Source: Macrostomum lignano (taxonomy: Eukaryota). Taken from it: DNA of 64,000 nucleotides. Under the pieces are notes generated by a model. It was not told the origin of the DNA. It searched no databases and saw only the letters and a list, made by a program, of their open reading frames with translations. The position numbers were made by a program, and so were the translations under genes. Of the stretch, positions 23,077 to 37,920 are shown one piece after another. Positions within the stretch are counted from its first letter, which is position 1. The number at the start of each line of letters is the position of its first letter. Where the stretch lies: NCBI GenBank assembly GCA_002269645.1, contig NIVC01000617.1, positions 446,274-510,273 on the forward strand. The letters run 5' to 3'.

Positions 23077-24063
23077 AGTGTCAGATGCTGATAGTAAGTA
23101 TCAGATGCTAATAGTAAGTGTCAGATGCTAATAGTAAGTGTCAGATGCTAATAGTAAGTGTCAGATGCTAATAGTAAGTGTCAGATGCTAATAGTAAGTG
23201 TCAGATGCTAATAGTAAGTGTCAGATGCTAATAGTAAGTGTCAGATGCTAATAGTAAGTGTCAGATGCTAGTAGTGAGTGTCAGATGCTAATAGTGAATG
23301 TCAGATGCTAATGGTAAGTGTCAGATGCTAATAGTAAGTGTCAGATGCTAATAGTAAGAGTCAGATGCTAATAGTAAGTATCAGATTCTAAAAGTAAGTG
23401 TCAGATGCTAATAGTAAGTGTCAGATGCTAATAGTAAGTGTCAGATGCTAATAGTAAGTGTCAGATGCTAATAGTAAGTGTCAGATGCTAATAGTAAGTG
23501 TCAGATGCTAATAGTAAGTGTCAGATGCTAGTAGTGAGTGTCAGATGCTAATAGTGAATGTCAGATGCTAATGGTAAGTGTCAGATGCTAATAGTAAGTG
23601 TCAGATGCTAATAGTAAGAGTCAGATGCTAATAGTAAGTATCAGATTCTAAAAGTAAGTGTCAGATTCTAATAGTAAGTGTCAGATGCTAATAGTAAGTA
23701 TCAGATTCTAATAGTAAGTGTCAGATGCTAATAGTAAGTGTCAGATGCTAATAGTAAGTATCAGATTCTAATAGTGAGCATCAGATTCTAATAGTGAGTG
23801 TCAGATGCTTATACATGTAGTAAGTGTCAGATGCTAATAGTAAGTGTCAGATGCTAATAGTAAGTATCAGATTCTAATAGTAAGTGTCAGATGCTAATAG
23901 TAAGTGTCAGATGCTAATAGTGAGTGTCAGATGCTAGTAGTGAGTGTCAGATGCTAATAGTCAATGTCAGATGCTAATGGTAAGTGTCAGATGCTAATAG
24001 TAAGTGTCAGATGCTAATGGCAAGTGTCAGATGCTATTGGCAAGTGTCAGATGCTAATGGTAA
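23077..24063. repeat. 20-bp minisatellite
   Basis: TCAGATGCTAATAGTAAGTG tandem units. Confidence 0.96.
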
Positions 24064-24491
24064 GCCCTTAAATAAATCCCATGAATCCTTGTCTCCCTTT
24101 TCTCTCGGCCTCCGCTTCAGGCTCCTTCTTTATCTGAGTTTCGGTGTCAAAGTTCAGAGTGCAATATAGATGATATCTGCATGCTAGGAACAAATTCAAA
24201 CACCCCGTGTCCTGCGCAGAATCGTGCAGCTAGAGTCCCTTGACTTGCCCTCCGGCACTGACCCCTCAAACCCCAGGGATTATTAACCACACGGGTTGAA
24301 CCCAAGTCTATGATGTGTAGTAAGCAGATGGTCTTCGGAGGGGGTTCAGAAGCAATGGGGTCGTGTGGTCGGGATAACGATATGTGTATATATTTATATA
24401 ATTAACTGATGTATGATTCACCTTCAATTGCTAAAAGAAATGGAGAAAATGGAAATCTGGACTGCATTGTCAAGCCAATTGTCTAATCAAC

Positions 24492-27400
24492 CCGTAGATT
24501 CGTGTCTAAATCTTTCTATAGATTCGTGCCTAATCTTCCTATAGATTCGTATCTCATTTTTTATGGATTCGTGTCTAATCTTTCTATAGATTCGTGCCTA
24601 ATCTTCCTATAGATTCGTATCTCATTTTTTATGGATTCGTGTCTAATCTTTCTATAGATTCGTGCCTAATCTTCCTATAGATTCGTGTTTAATCATTTTA
24701 TGGATTCGTGTCTAATCTTTCCATAGATTCGTGTCTAATCTTTCTATAGATTCGTGCCTATTTTCTTCTATAGATTCGTGTTTAATCATTTTATGGATTC
24801 GTGTCTAATCTTTCCATAGATTCGTGTCTAATCTTTCTATAGATTCGTGCCTATTTTCTTCTATAGATTCGTGTCTAATCTTCCTATAGATTCGTATCTC
24901 ATTTTTTATGGATTCGTGTCTAAATCTTTCTATAGATTCGTGCCTAATCTTCCTATAGATTCGTATCTCATTTTTTATGGATTCGTGTCTAATCTTTCTA
25001 TAGATTCGTGCCTAATCTTCCTATAGATTCGTATCTCATTTTTTATGGATTCGTGTCTAATCTTTCTATAGATTCGTGCCTAATCTTCCTATAGATTCGT
25101 GTTTAATCATTTTATGGATTCGTGTCTAATCTTTCCATAGATTCGTGTCTAATCTTTCTATAGATTCGTGCCTATTTTCTTCTATAGATTCGTGTTTAAT
25201 CATTTTATGGATTCGTGTCTAATCTTTCCATAGATTCGTGTCTAATCTTTCTATAGATTCGTGCCTATTTTCTTCTATAGATTCGTGTCTAATCTTCCTA
25301 TAGATTCGTGTTTAATCATTTTATGGATTCGTGTCTAATCTTTCCATAGATTCGTGTCTAATCTTTCTATAGATTCGTGCCTATTTTCTTCTATAGATTC
25401 GTGTCTAATCTTCCTATAGATTCGTGTTTAATCATTTTATGGATTCGTGTCTAATCTTTCCATAGATTCGTGTCTAATCTTTCTATAGATTCGTGTTTAA
25501 TCATTTTATGGATTCGTGTCTAATCTTTCCATAGATTCGTGTCTAATCTTTCCATAGATTCGTGTCTAATCTTTCCATAGATTCGTGTCTAATCTTTCCA
25601 TAGATTCGTGTCTAATCTTTCTATAGATTCGTGCCTATTTTCTTCTATAGATTCGTGTTTAATCATTTTATGGATTCGTGTCTAATCTTTCCATAGATTC
25701 GTGTCTAATCTTTCCATAGATTCGTGTCTAATCTTTCCATAGATTCGTGTCTAATCTTTCCATAGATTCGTGTCTAATCTTTCTATAGATTCGTGCCTAT
25801 TTTCTTCTATAGATTCGTGTCTAATCTTTCCACAGATTCGTGTCTAATCTTTCCATAGATTCGTGTCTAATCTTTCTATAGATTCGTGCCTATTTTCTTC
25901 TATAGATTCGTGTCTAATCTTCCTATAGATTCGTGTTTAATCATTTTATGGATTCGTGTCTAATCTTTCCATAGATTCGTGTCTAATCTTTCTATAGATT
26001 CGTGCCTATTTTCTTCTATAGATTCGTGTCTAATCTTCCTATAGATTCGTGTTTAATCATTTTATGGATTCGTGTCTAATCTTTCTATAGATTCGTGCCT
26101 ATTTTCTTCTATAGATTCGTGTTTAATCATTTTATGGATTCGTGTCTAATCTTTCTATAGATTCGTGCCTATTTTCTTCTATAGATTCGTGTTTAATCAT
26201 TTTATGGATTCGTGTCTAATCTTTCCATAGATTCGTGTCTAATCTTTCCATAGATTCGTGTCTAATCTTTCTATAGATTCGTGCCTATTTTCTTCTATAG
26301 ATTCGTGTTTAATCATTTTATGGATTCGTGTCTAATCTTTCCATAGATTCGTGTCTAATCTTTCTATAGATTCGTGCCTATTTTCTTCTATAGATTCGTG
26401 TCTAATCTTCCTATAGATTCGTGTTTAATCATTTTATGGATTCGTGTCTAATCTTTCCATAGATTCGTGTCTAATCTTTCTATAGATTCGTGTTTAATCA
26501 TTTTATGGATTCGTGTCTAATCTTTCCATAGATTCGTGTCTAATATTTCCATAGATTCGTGTCTAATCTTTCTATAGATTCGTGCCTAATCTTCCTATAG
26601 ATTCGTATCTAATTTTTTATGGATTCGTGTCTAATCTTTCTATAGATTCGTGCCTAATCTTCCTATAGATTCGTGTTTAATCATTTTATGGATTCGTGTC
26701 TAATCTTTCTATAGATTCGTGCCTAATCTTCCTATAGATTCGTGTTTAATCATTTTATGGATTCGTGTCTAATCTTTCCATAGATTCGTGTCTAATCTTT
26801 CTATAGATTCGTGCCTATTTTCTTCTATAGATTCGTGTTTAATCATTTTATGGATTCGTGTCTAATCTTTCCATAGATTCGTGTCTAATCTTTCTATAGA
26901 TTCGTGCCTATTTTCTTCTATAGATTCGTGTTTAATCATTTTATGGATTCGTGTCTAATCTTTCCATAGATTCGTGTCTAATCTTTCCATAGATTCGTGC
27001 CTATTTTCTTCTATAGATTCGTGTCTAATCTTCCTATAGATTCGTGTTTAATCATTTTATGGATTCGTGTCTAATCTTTCCATAGATTCGTGTCTAATCT
27101 TTCCACAGATTCGTGTCTAATCTTTCCATAGATTCGTGTCTAATCTTTCTATAGATTCGTGCCTATTTTCTTCTATAGATTCGTGTCTAATCTTCCTATA
27201 GATTCGTGTTTAATCATTTTATGGATTCGTGTCTAATCTTTCCATAGATTCGTGTCTAATCTTTCCACAGATTCGTGTCTAATCTTTCCATAGATTCGTG
27301 TCTAATCTTTCCACAGATTCGTGTCTAATATTTCCATAGATTCGTGTCTAATCTTTCCACAGATTCGTGTCTAATATTTCCATAGATTCGTGTCTAATCT

Positions 27401-27860
27401 TTCCACAGATTCGTGTCTAATATTTCCATAGATTCGTGTCTAATCTTTCCACAGATTCGTGTCTAATCTTTCCATAGATTCGTGTCTAATCTTTCCATAG
27501 ATTCGTGTCTAATCTTTCCATAGATTCGTGTCTAATCTTTCCATAGATTCGTGTCTAATCTTTCCATAGATTCGTGTCTAATCTTTCTACAGATTCGTGT
27601 CTAATCTTTCTATAGATTCGTGTCTAATCTTTCCATAGATTCGTGTCTAATCTTTCCATAGATTCGTGTCTAATCTTTCCATAGATTCGTGTCTAATCTT
27701 TCCATAGATTCGTGTCTAATCTTTCTACAGATTCGTGTCTAATCTTTCTATAGATTCGTGTCTAATCTTTCTATAGATTCGTGCCTAATCTTCCTACAGA
27801 TTCGTGCCTAATCTTTCTATAGATTCGTGTCTAATCTTTCCATAGATTCGTGTTTAATAT
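24492..27860. repeat. ~23-bp satellite with higher-order structure
   Basis: TAGATTCGTGTCTAATCTTTCCA and recurring variant units. Confidence 0.97.
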
Positions 27861-27879
27861 CTCTTTATTTATGTGTCTA

Positions 27880-28075
27880 ATCTCTCTTGATATTCGTGTC
27901 TAATCTCTCTCGATCGATATTCGTGTCTAATCTCTCTCGATCTATATTCGTGTCTAATCTCTCTCGATCTATATTCGTGTCTAATCTCTCTCGATCTATA
28001 TTCGTGTCTAATCTCTCTCGATCTATATTCGTGTCTAATCTCTCTCGGTCTATATTCGTGTCTAATCTCTCCTCT
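27880..28075. repeat. 27-bp minisatellite
   Basis: TATTCGTGTCTAATCTCTCTCGATCTA units. Confidence 0.9.
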
Positions 28076-28618
28076 CTCTTTTAATTTGTGTCTACTCTAT
28101 CTCCAAAGTCGTGTAAAATCTTTATCTATTCTCATATCTAATCTCCCTCTCGATATTCGTGTCTAATCTCTCACTAAGATTTACATCTAATCTCGCTCTA
28201 GACCCGTGTCCAGTCTTACGGGGTTTCTCCAGGGATTTTAGCGCGAGATTACTTATGCTGAGTGCCGTTAATACTAGGTAGACCAGAGTTGGCTAGAGAC
28301 TTATTAATTAGCCAGAAGCCAAGCACCCGTGAGGCAGTGACGATAAATTTACCAGGACAGCCTCCATCCAACGCCGGTTCATTCCGCGATTGGGGATCTA
28401 ATCTCAGGGGGGATGCGCACAGCTTCCTAGCTTGCATGCAGGCAAGGGTTCAAGGGATTTATTGCTGTTTGTGCATGTTGTGGGCACCGAGGAAGCCTAG
28501 AACGAACCCAATCCCCCATAGGGACAGGCAACTTTAGGCTGACTGCATTTCTTCAATTTGCACGCGAAATACAATACAATAATTGTTTCAGAAAAAATGG
28601 CAATTACTCCGAAGGGGC

Positions 28619-28860
28619 AGGTTTGTGATATTTCGGGTTTGTGATGTTTCGGGTTTGTGATATTTCGGGTTTGTGACATTTCGGGTTTGTGATATTTCGG
28701 GTTTGTGATATTTCGGGTTTGTGATATTTCGGGTTTGTGATATTTCGGGTTTGTGATATTTCGGGTTTGTGATATTTCGGGTTTGTGATATTTCGGGTTT
28801 ATGATATTTCGGGTTTGTGATGGGAAGTGCTTTCGGAGTTGTGATTTTTCGGGTTCATGA
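28619..28860. repeat. 16-bp minisatellite
   Basis: TTTCGGGTTTGTGATA units. Confidence 0.92.
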
Positions 28861-29024
28861 TGGCGACCCCTTACTCCCCATTAAAAGGAAATTCAATTGT
28901 CTAAAAGTGGAAGATACATGTATGATAACTTTGATACAGGGGTAGGTCAACTCCGGCCCCCGTGGGCCACCCGCCCTCGGGTTGGTTGAAGCTTTGCAAT
29001 GCGCTCCTAGGAATCAAGTTTGTG

Positions 29025-29345
29025 TCTCTTCTCTGTTCTCTTCTCTCCCCTCTCTCATCTCTCCTCTCGCCACTATCGTCTCTTCTCTCCTCTCCTCTCC
29101 CTTCTCTTATCTCTCTCCTTTCCTCTTCTCTCCTTTCTCGCAATTCTCCTCTCTCCACTCTCGTCTCTTTTCTCCTCTTCTTCCCTTCTCTTATCTCTCC
29201 CCTCTCCTCTTCTCTCCCTTCTCTCATCTCTTCTCTCTCCACTCCCGTCTCTCCTCTTCACTCTTCTCCTCTCCTTTGCATTCTCTCCTCTCCTTTCTTT
29301 TCTCTTCTCCTCTATTTCCTCTTTTATTCCCTCTCCTCTCTCCCC
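29025..29345. repeat. CT-rich low-complexity tract
   Basis: Degenerate pyrimidine repeat. Confidence 0.9.
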
Positions 29346-29949
29346 TCGTGAAACTTACAGTCATGCGCTAGATTCTCTATCTGTGGCCCTCTAGGTAAAA
29401 AAAAATTATCGACTTAGAACAATATCAGGTCAGCCTACTGTTGTCTGAAACTTGATTTCGTGTTTCAGCGCTTGAGGCCGGGGGCGGAGGGGGTTAAGAG
29501 GGGGGGGGGTGAGGGAAGAGAGCGGTCAAGCGGGGCATAAAATGCTGGGGTTTTATTGCCACTTTCAACTGAAAGGGTCGCAGCAGATGTAGGAGATACG
29601 GTATAATAGAGGAGCCGCTGTATTACTGCATGCTGGTAAGAAGAATTGGGTGTTGGATATTTCTTTAGGCAGTCAACAAAGGATTTATTTGTATATTTTC
29701 TCTTACAATAAATCCGGCTTTAGGGGCGTTTGGCACGGATTTGGGTTCAAAATGATGATTCAATGGTCTGAATTTAATAGCTTTATTAAATTTGCTAGCG
29801 GTGTGCGCGTCATTCCGAACACTTTCGCGGCATTAACAATAAAGAATTGTGACCATTAAAGTGTTGATAGATTAATGAAATAATATTTTATAACAGGGTA
29901 AATCAACACTGAGAATTCTCAATTGATAGGGGAATAAAGAGAGAAGTAA

Positions 29950-31920
29950 TCTAGAGAAAAAAGAATCTAGAGGAAGAATCTAGAATCTAGAGGAACAGAA
30001 GGAATCTATAGAGATGAATCTAGAGGAACAGAAGGAATCTATAGAGATGAATCTAGAGGAAGAGAAGGAATCTATAGAGATGAATCTAGAGGAAGAGAAG
30101 GAATCTAGAGAGATGAATCTAGAGGAAGAGAAGGAATCTAGAGAGATGAATCTAGAGAAACAGAAGGAATCTATAGAGATGAATCTAGAGGAAGAGAAGG
30201 AATCTAGAGAGATGAATCTAGAGGAAGAGAAGGAATCTATAGAGATGAATCTAGAGGAACAGAAGGAATCTAGAGATAGGAATCTACAGAGAGGAATCTA
30301 GAGAGAGGAATCTAGAGATAGGAATCTAGAGCCAAGGAATCTAGAGATAGGAATCTAGAGATAGGAATCTAGAGAGAGGAATCTAGAGCGAAGGAATCTA
30401 GAGATAGGAATCTAGAGAGAGGAATCTAGAGAGAGGAATCTAGAGAGAGGAATCTAGAGATAGGAATCTAGAGCCAAGGAATCTAGAGATAGGAATCTAG
30501 AGAGAGGAATCTAGAGAGAGGAATATAGAGAGAGGAATCTAGATAGAGACAGAGGAATCTAGAGAGAAGGAATCTTGAGAGAGGAATCTACAGAGAGGAA
30601 TCCAGAGAGAGGAATCTAGAGCCAAGGAATCTAGAGATAGGAATCTAGAGATAGGAATCTAGACGGAAGGAATCTAGAGAGAGGAATCTAGAGAGAGGAA
30701 TCTAGAGCGAAGGAATCTAGAGATAGGAATCTACAGAGAGGAATCTAGAGAGAGGAATCTAGAGAGAAGGAATCTAGAGCGAAGGAATCTAGAGATAGGA
30801 ATCTAGAGGAAGAGAAGGAATCTAGAGAGAGGAATCTAGAGACAGGAATCTAGAGAGAGGTATCTAGAGAGAGGAATCTAGAGAGAGGAATCTAGAGAGA
30901 AGGAATCTAGAGAGAGGAATCTAGAGGAAGAGAAGGAATCTAGAGCGAAGGAGTCAAGAGAGAGGAATCTACAGAGAGGAATCTAGAGACAGGAATCTAG
31001 AGACAGGAATCTAGAGAGAGGAATATAGAGAGAGGAATCTAGAGAGAGGAATCTAGAGAGAGGAATCTAGAGAGAGGAATCTAGAGAGAGGAATCTAGAG
31101 AGAGGAATCTAGAGAGAGGAATCTAGAGAGATGAATCTAGAGAGAGGAATCTAGAGACAGGAATCTAGAGAGAGGTATCTAGAGAGAGGAATCTAGAGAG
31201 AGGAATCTAGAGAGAGGAATCTAGAGGAAGAGAAGGAATCTAGAGCGAAGGAATCAAGAGAGAGGAATCTAGAGAGAGGAATCTAGAGACAGGAATCTAG
31301 AGACAGGAATCTAGAGAGAGGAATATAGAGAGAGGAATCTAGAGAGAGGAATCTAGAGAGATGAATCTTTAGAGAGGAATCTAGAGACAGGAATCTAGAG
31401 AGAGGTATCTAGAGAGAGGAATCTAGAGAGAGGAATCTAGAGAGAAGGAATCTAGAGAGAGGAATCTAGAGGAAGAGAAGGAATCTAGAGAGAGGAATCT
31501 AGAGACAGGAATCTAGAGAGAGGTATCTAGAGAGAGGAATCTAGAGAGAGGAATCTAGAGAGAAGGAATCTAGAGAGAGGAATCTAGAGGAAGAGAAGGA
31601 ATCTAGAGCGAAGGAATCAAGAGAGAGGAATCTACAGAGAGGAATCTAGAGAGAGGAATCTAGAGAGAGGAATCTAGAGAGAGGAATCTAGAGAGAAGGA
31701 ATCTAGAGAGAGGAATCTAGAGAGATGAATCTAGAGAGAGGAATCTAGAGAGAGGAATCTAGAGAGAGGAATCTAGAGAGAAGGAATCTAGAGAGAGGAA
31801 TCTAGAGAGATGAATCTAGAGAGAGGAATCTAGAGAGAGGAATCTAGAGAGAGGAATCTAGAGAGAAGGAATCTAGAGAGAGGAATCTAGAGAGTAGAAA
31901 TCTAGGGAGAACAAATCTAG
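29950..31920. repeat. 14-bp (5' part 30-bp) purine-rich satellite
   Basis: GAATCTAGAGAGAG units. Confidence 0.96.
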
Positions 31921-32464
31921 AGCGATACGGTGAAGACATCTAGAGCCATCTAGACGAATTCCGAATCAGACAGTGGCTTGAATTCGCAAGTTTATGTGTT
32001 TATTTCTGCGCTGCTGAAGATATTTCATGGTTAAACATAAAAATTCTTGCAACAGTCGGCGCAACCGCAGAGTTCATAAAGGATGAAATTTTCGCATAAA
32101 AATCTCTCAATCGCAGCAGATTGAAATTGTAAAATGCTTGCAGACCCTCCGTCATCATGGGTTCATGGCAGATATTTCGCGGGCCTCTTTCATCTTGCTG
32201 CAATACGCAGGCCCTAAAAGTTCGAATGATCAGTGATCCGAACTTGAAGCTTCTTGATTCAAAATGTTTTCAGTTGTTGCCAAAAAAGCATGCATTGACT
32301 GGGACCACTGTTTGGGGAGTTTTTATGACAAGATATGAAATAAAGTATGGTGAAGCTGCGGAGATGAAGTGATGTTAATCTGCAGCACCCCACCTCTAAT
32401 TCAACAGTTGTTACGGATGACAAGGAGATCCAGGAAAGAAGCCTCTGGCGTGTCAGTGGTCAGT

Positions 32465-33035
32465 AGTCACTGGTCACTGGGTCACTGGGTCACTGGGTCA
32501 CTGGTCACTGGGTCACCGGTCACTGAATCATTGGTCACTGGGTCACTGGTCACTGGGTCACTGGGTCACTGGTCACTGGGTCACCGGTCACTGAATCATT
32601 GGTCACTGGGTCACTGGTCACTGGGTCACTGGGTCACTGGTCACTGGGTCACTGGGTCACTGGGTCACTGGTCACTGGTCACTGGTCACTGGTCACTGGT
32701 CACTGGGTCACTGGTCACTGGGTCACTGGTCACTGGGTCACTGGTCACTGGGTCACTGGTCACTGGTCACTGGGTCACTGTTCACTGGGTCACTGGGTCA
32801 CTGGGTCACTGGTCACTGGGTCACTGGTCACTGGGTCACTGGTCACTGGGTCACTGGTCACTGGGTCACTGGTCACTGGGTCACTGTTCACTGGGTCACT
32901 GGGTCACTGGGTCACTGGGTCACTAGTCACTGGTCACTGGGTCACTGGTCATTGGGTCACTGGGTCACTGGTCACTGGTCACTGGGTCACTGGGTCACTG
33001 GGTCACTGGGTCACTGGGTCACTGGGTCACCAGTC
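32465..33035. repeat. GGTCACTG(G) short tandem repeat
   Basis: Mixed 7-9-bp units. Confidence 0.96.
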
Positions 33036-33604
33036 ACCGGGTGCAGGCCACAGTGATCCAATACTGCTAGTGACTATCGACTTGATTTGAGGAGTCAGGT
33101 GCAAAAGTCACGCTCACATTCGTGTGTCTAAAGCTTGCTTTTAATGCGTCAACACTCCATATTTTGCATCTCAGAAGTTTTTGAATCTTCTAGGCCAACT
33201 AGAGGTCACTTCCGCAGAAGCTTTGGATAACAAACTCTAGCCAAAGCTGCTTGGATCCAAACGAGTTTTATTGACCAGCCCTCCCCCCCCTCTGTTGTCA
33301 AATATTTTTACGATCTCGACTATGATTCGTAGCCTGGCTATATAGAATTTTCAGTTTCCAAGGAAAAGTCCCCCCCTTGGTCAAGAAAAGCAGCATTTGT
33401 GACTGGTTTTATGATTTCAACTACAAAGCCAGGAAGCCGAAAGCGCGCCTCTGTGGTTCTTATATAGAGGGCTAATTTTTATTTTGTCTGAAGAGTTTCC
33501 TTCCATTTTTCCTATCCTCTGGGCTTGCCGGATGAAATTTATCAGTTATTTTAGTGCTGCTTTAGTTCGAATAGCTAGCTTTGATGCCTTCCTGTGTGAG
33601 ATAC

Positions 33605-34980
33605 GGGCAGGGCAGAGAATAGAGAGACAGGAGGGTGAGAAATAGAGAAATAGAGAGACAGGAGAGTGAGAAATAGAGAGACAGGAGCGTGAGAAATAGA
33701 GAGATAGGAGGGTGAGAAATAGACAGACAGGAGGGTGAGAAATAGAGAGACAGGAGGGTGAGAAATAGAGAGATAGGAAGGGGAGAAATAGAGAGACAGG
33801 AGGGTGAGAAATAGACAGACAGGAGGGGGAGAAATAGAGAGACAGGAGGGTGAGAAATAGACAGACAGGAGGGTAAGAAATAGAGAGACAGGAGGGTGAG
33901 AAATAGAGAGATAGGAAGGGGAGAAATAGAGAGACAGGAGGGTGAGAAATAGACAGACAGGAGGGTGAGAAATAGAGAGATAGGAAGGGGAGAAATTGAG
34001 AGATAGGAAGGGGAGAAATAGAGAGACAGGAGGGTGAGAAATTGAGAGACAGGAGGGTGAGAAATAGACAGACAGGAGGGTGAGAAATAGACAGACAGGG
34101 GGGGGGAAATAGACAGACAGGAGGGGGAGAAATAGAGAGACAGGAGGGTGAGAAATAGACAGACAGGAGGGGGTGAGAAATAGAGAGACAGGAGGGTGAG
34201 AAATAGACAGACAGGAGGGTGAGAAATAGACAGACAGGAGGGGGGAAATAGACAGACAGGAGGGGAGAAATAGAGAGACAGGAGGGTGAGAAATAGACAG
34301 ACAGGAGGGGGAGAAATAGAGAGACAGGAGGGTGAGAAATAGACAGACAGGAGGGGGAGAAATAGACAGACAGGAGGGTGAGAAATAGACAGACAGGAGG
34401 GGGAGAAATAGACAGACAGGAGGGGGGAAATAGACAGACAGGAGGGGGAGAAATAGAGAGACAGGAGGGTGAGAAATAGACAGACAGGAGGGGGAGAAAT
34501 AGAGAGACAGGAGGGTGAGAAATAGACAGACAGGAGGGGGAGAAATAGACAGACAGGAGGGTGAGAAATAGACAGACAGGAGGGGGAGAAATAAACAGAC
34601 AGGAGGGTGAGAAATAGACAGACAGGAGGGGGAGAAATAGACAGACAGGAGAGTGAGAAATAGACAGACAGGAGGGGGAGAAATAGAGAGACAGGAGGGT
34701 GAGAAATAGACAGACAGGAGGGGGTGAGAAATAGACAGACAGGAGGGTGAGAAATAGACAGACAGGAGGGTGAGAAATAGACAGACAGGAGGGGGTGAGA
34801 AATAGACAGACAGGAGGGGGAGAAATAGAGAGACAGGAGGGTGAGAAATAGAGAGACAGGAGGGGGTGAGAAATAGAGAGACAGGAGGGGGTGAGAAATA
34901 GAGAGATAGGAGGGGGTGAGAAATAGAGAGACAGGAGGGGGTGAGAAATAGAGAGACAGGAGGGGGTGAGAAATTGAGAA
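33605..34980. repeat. AG-rich ~21-23-bp minisatellite
   Basis: GAGAAATAGA(G/C)AGACAGGAGGG(T/G) units. Confidence 0.95.
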
Positions 34981-35407
34981 ATGAAGGTAAGATATACAAA
35001 AAGAGTAAAGAAAAAGCGCCTTCTAATTTCTGGTTAGTTAAAAATAGATTTCATTTTCTATAATTATGAAGCGAAATTTCTCAACTAACATACGCAGCAG
35101 GCTTAGCTTACAATATTGCATACCCACCTGTAGTCTGCAGTTTGCTTATTGCGTATTTGGTGCAACAACATGCTACGCTCGTATAATATTAGAATTTCCC
35201 CGAATACTTTTCAAGTGAACTTAAAAACATTTTTGAAACATTTTCTCTCTCCTGCAATCAGAAATCGCTACTTTTTCTTAAAACCATCGACCAACTGCAG
35301 ATGCGGAGTTCAATTTTTAAGAATAAAGAATTACTTCACTGGAGGTCTGAAATGAAATGACTGCTGTTCCTGAATTTTGATTGTTTAAATCATAAATTTG
35401 TCCAGCA

Positions 35408-35930
35408 AACTGTTTGGCGCTAAAATTACAACAAACTGTTTGGCGCTAAAATGACACTAAATGTACTGTTTGGCGCTATAATGACAGTAAATGTATTGTT
35501 TTGGCGCTTAAATGATAGTAAATGTACTGTTTGGCGCTTAAATGACAGTAAATGTACTGTTTGGCGCTTAAATGACAGTAAATGTACTGTTTGGCGCTTA
35601 AATGACAGTAAATGTACTGTTTGGCGCTTAAATGACAGTAAATGTACTGTTTGGCGCTTAAATGACAGTACAAGTACTGTTTGGCGCTTACATGACAGTA
35701 AATGTAGTGTTTGGCGCTTAAATGACAGTAAATGTACTGTTTGGCGCTTAAATGACAGTAAATGTACTGTTTGGCGCTTAAATGACAGTAAATGTACTGT
35801 TTGGCGCTTAAATGACAGTAAATGTACTGTTTGGCGCTTAAATGACAGTAAAAGTACTGTTTGGCGCTTACATGACAGTAAATGTAGTGTTTGGCGCTTA
35901 AATGACAGTAAATGTACTGTTTGGCCTTCA
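35408..35930. repeat. 30-bp minisatellite
   Basis: TGTTTGGCGCTTAAATGACAGTAAATGTAC units. Confidence 0.96.
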
Positions 35931-36469
35931 AATGACATCTATATCGATCGGTATGCATGGCTACTGGAATCTTTATGAATCGAAATCTCTATAAGTCAGC
36001 TGTTTCGAACTTGTTTTGAAAAAGTCCCGTCATTTTAGCCCCGTGCAGCTGGTCACAACAACAGCTTGCTTATCTACATACGAGCTCGATAGCTGGTAGC
36101 TGAGATGATTACGTAACATCTCGCTCTCGCAGTTGCTGTGTAATCCTGTGTTGCAAAAGACAACAGAGAACAAAAGTCGCGCCAATGTGTGTAGAGCTGT
36201 CACAAATATGAAATATTTGGCTACTATACCCAGTAAACAGAAATACCTAGCCTCGATTATATGCAAGTATCTATATGAAAGATTTTTTTTTCAATAATAG
36301 TGAAGTCTGGGCACGAATCTCTTGGCCTGTTGCTATCATAACACTCTTTTTTGTTTATCATATACCAGATGATGGATTGCTGTATGCTCTGGTGCTATAT
36401 GGCTTCCTTCGCAACCATTTGGGTGGAAAGGTATATTGAGATTTGCCTTCAGTAATATTAAGGAGAGAT

Positions 36470-36910
36470 GTTTTTGTGGGCGGCGCGCCAAAAACAAGGG
36501 TTGTGATTGGGAGCGCCAAAAAAGGGTTGTGATTGGGGGCGCCAAAAAGTGTTGTGATTAGTGGCGCCAAGAAAGGGTTGTGATTGAGGGCGCCAAAAAC
36601 AAGGGTTGTGATTTGGGGCGCCAAAATTGTTGTGATGGGGGGGGCGCCAAAAAAGGGTTGTGATTAGTGGCGCCAAAAAGGGTTGTGATTAGTGGAGCCA
36701 AAAAAGGGTTGTGATTAGTGGCGCCAAAAAGGGTTGTGATTAGTGGCGCCAAAAAGGGTTGTGATTGGGGGCGCCAAAAAGTTTTGTGATTAGTGGCGCC
36801 AAGAATGGGTTGTAATTGAGGGCGCCAAAAATAAGGGTTGTGAATCGTGATTAGGGGCACCAAAAACAAGGGTTGTAACTAGGGGTGCCAAAATAAGTGG
36901 TTGTGAAGGG
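36470..36910. repeat. ~25-bp minisatellite
   Basis: GGCGCCAAAAAGGGTTGTGATTAGT variants. Confidence 0.9.
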
Positions 36911-37351
36911 CGCCACTACAAAAACTGAGATTGTGTGAGATGTGTAAAGCTACTCTGAATATCGTATTGAAGCATAAGAATTATTATTTATTTCATCTAA
37001 ATACAGCAAATTTACATGTATGAGCCTAATATATATTATAATTCAGACTGTCTGAATAATTCATTTAGTACATGTACTTTAGCTCTTGGCTTGGCTTTGA
37101 GAGAAAAAAAAGCATGATGCATCGCTCGGGTTGTCAAGCACGGAATAGATCTGCATTCGATGCAAATTAGCGTTTTATGCATAATAATGCATTTTGTTAA
37201 TATAGTAAATTGCCTTGTGCAGTGGGCGTTAGCTATCTATATATTAGAAGCCAATGGAGAAACACTGTCTGATTGATGATCGATATTTTTGAGGACGAAT
37301 TGAATTCCAGTCTCCAACTCCAATTCGATGTGACAGCCTCTTGGTGGGTAT

Positions 37352-37920
37352 AGGCGCTAAAACCATTTAACTAAATCGGCGCTAAAACCATTTAACTAAA
37401 TCGGCGCTAAAACCATTTAACTAAATCGGCGCTAAAACCATTTAACTAAATCGGCGCTAAAACCATTTAACTAAATCGGCGCTAAAACCATTTAACTAAA
37501 TCGGCGCTAAAACCATTTAAGTAAATCGGCGCTAAAACCATTTAACTAAATCGGCGCTAAAACCATTTAACTAAATCGGCGCTAAAACCATTTAACTAAA
37601 TCGGCGCTAAAACCATTTAACTAAATCGGCGCTAAAACCATTTAACTAAATCGGCGCTAAAACCAGCTGTCTAAATCGGAGCTAAAGCCATCTGTTTAAA
37701 TTGGCCTAAAACCAGTTATCTAAATCGGCGTCAAAAACTAGCTGTCTAAATGGGCGCTAAAACCTGTTGCCTCGATCTAAATCGGCGCTAAAACCATCTG
37801 TCTTAACCGGCGCTAAAACCAGCTGTCTAAACCGGCGCTAAAACCATCTGTCTGAACCGGCGCTAAAACCAGCTGTCTAAACCGGCGCTAAAACCAAATG
37901 CCTAAATCGGCGCTAAAATC
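37352..37920. repeat. 25-bp minisatellite
   Basis: GGCGCTAAAACCATTTAACTAAATC units, diverging at the 3' end. Confidence 0.95.
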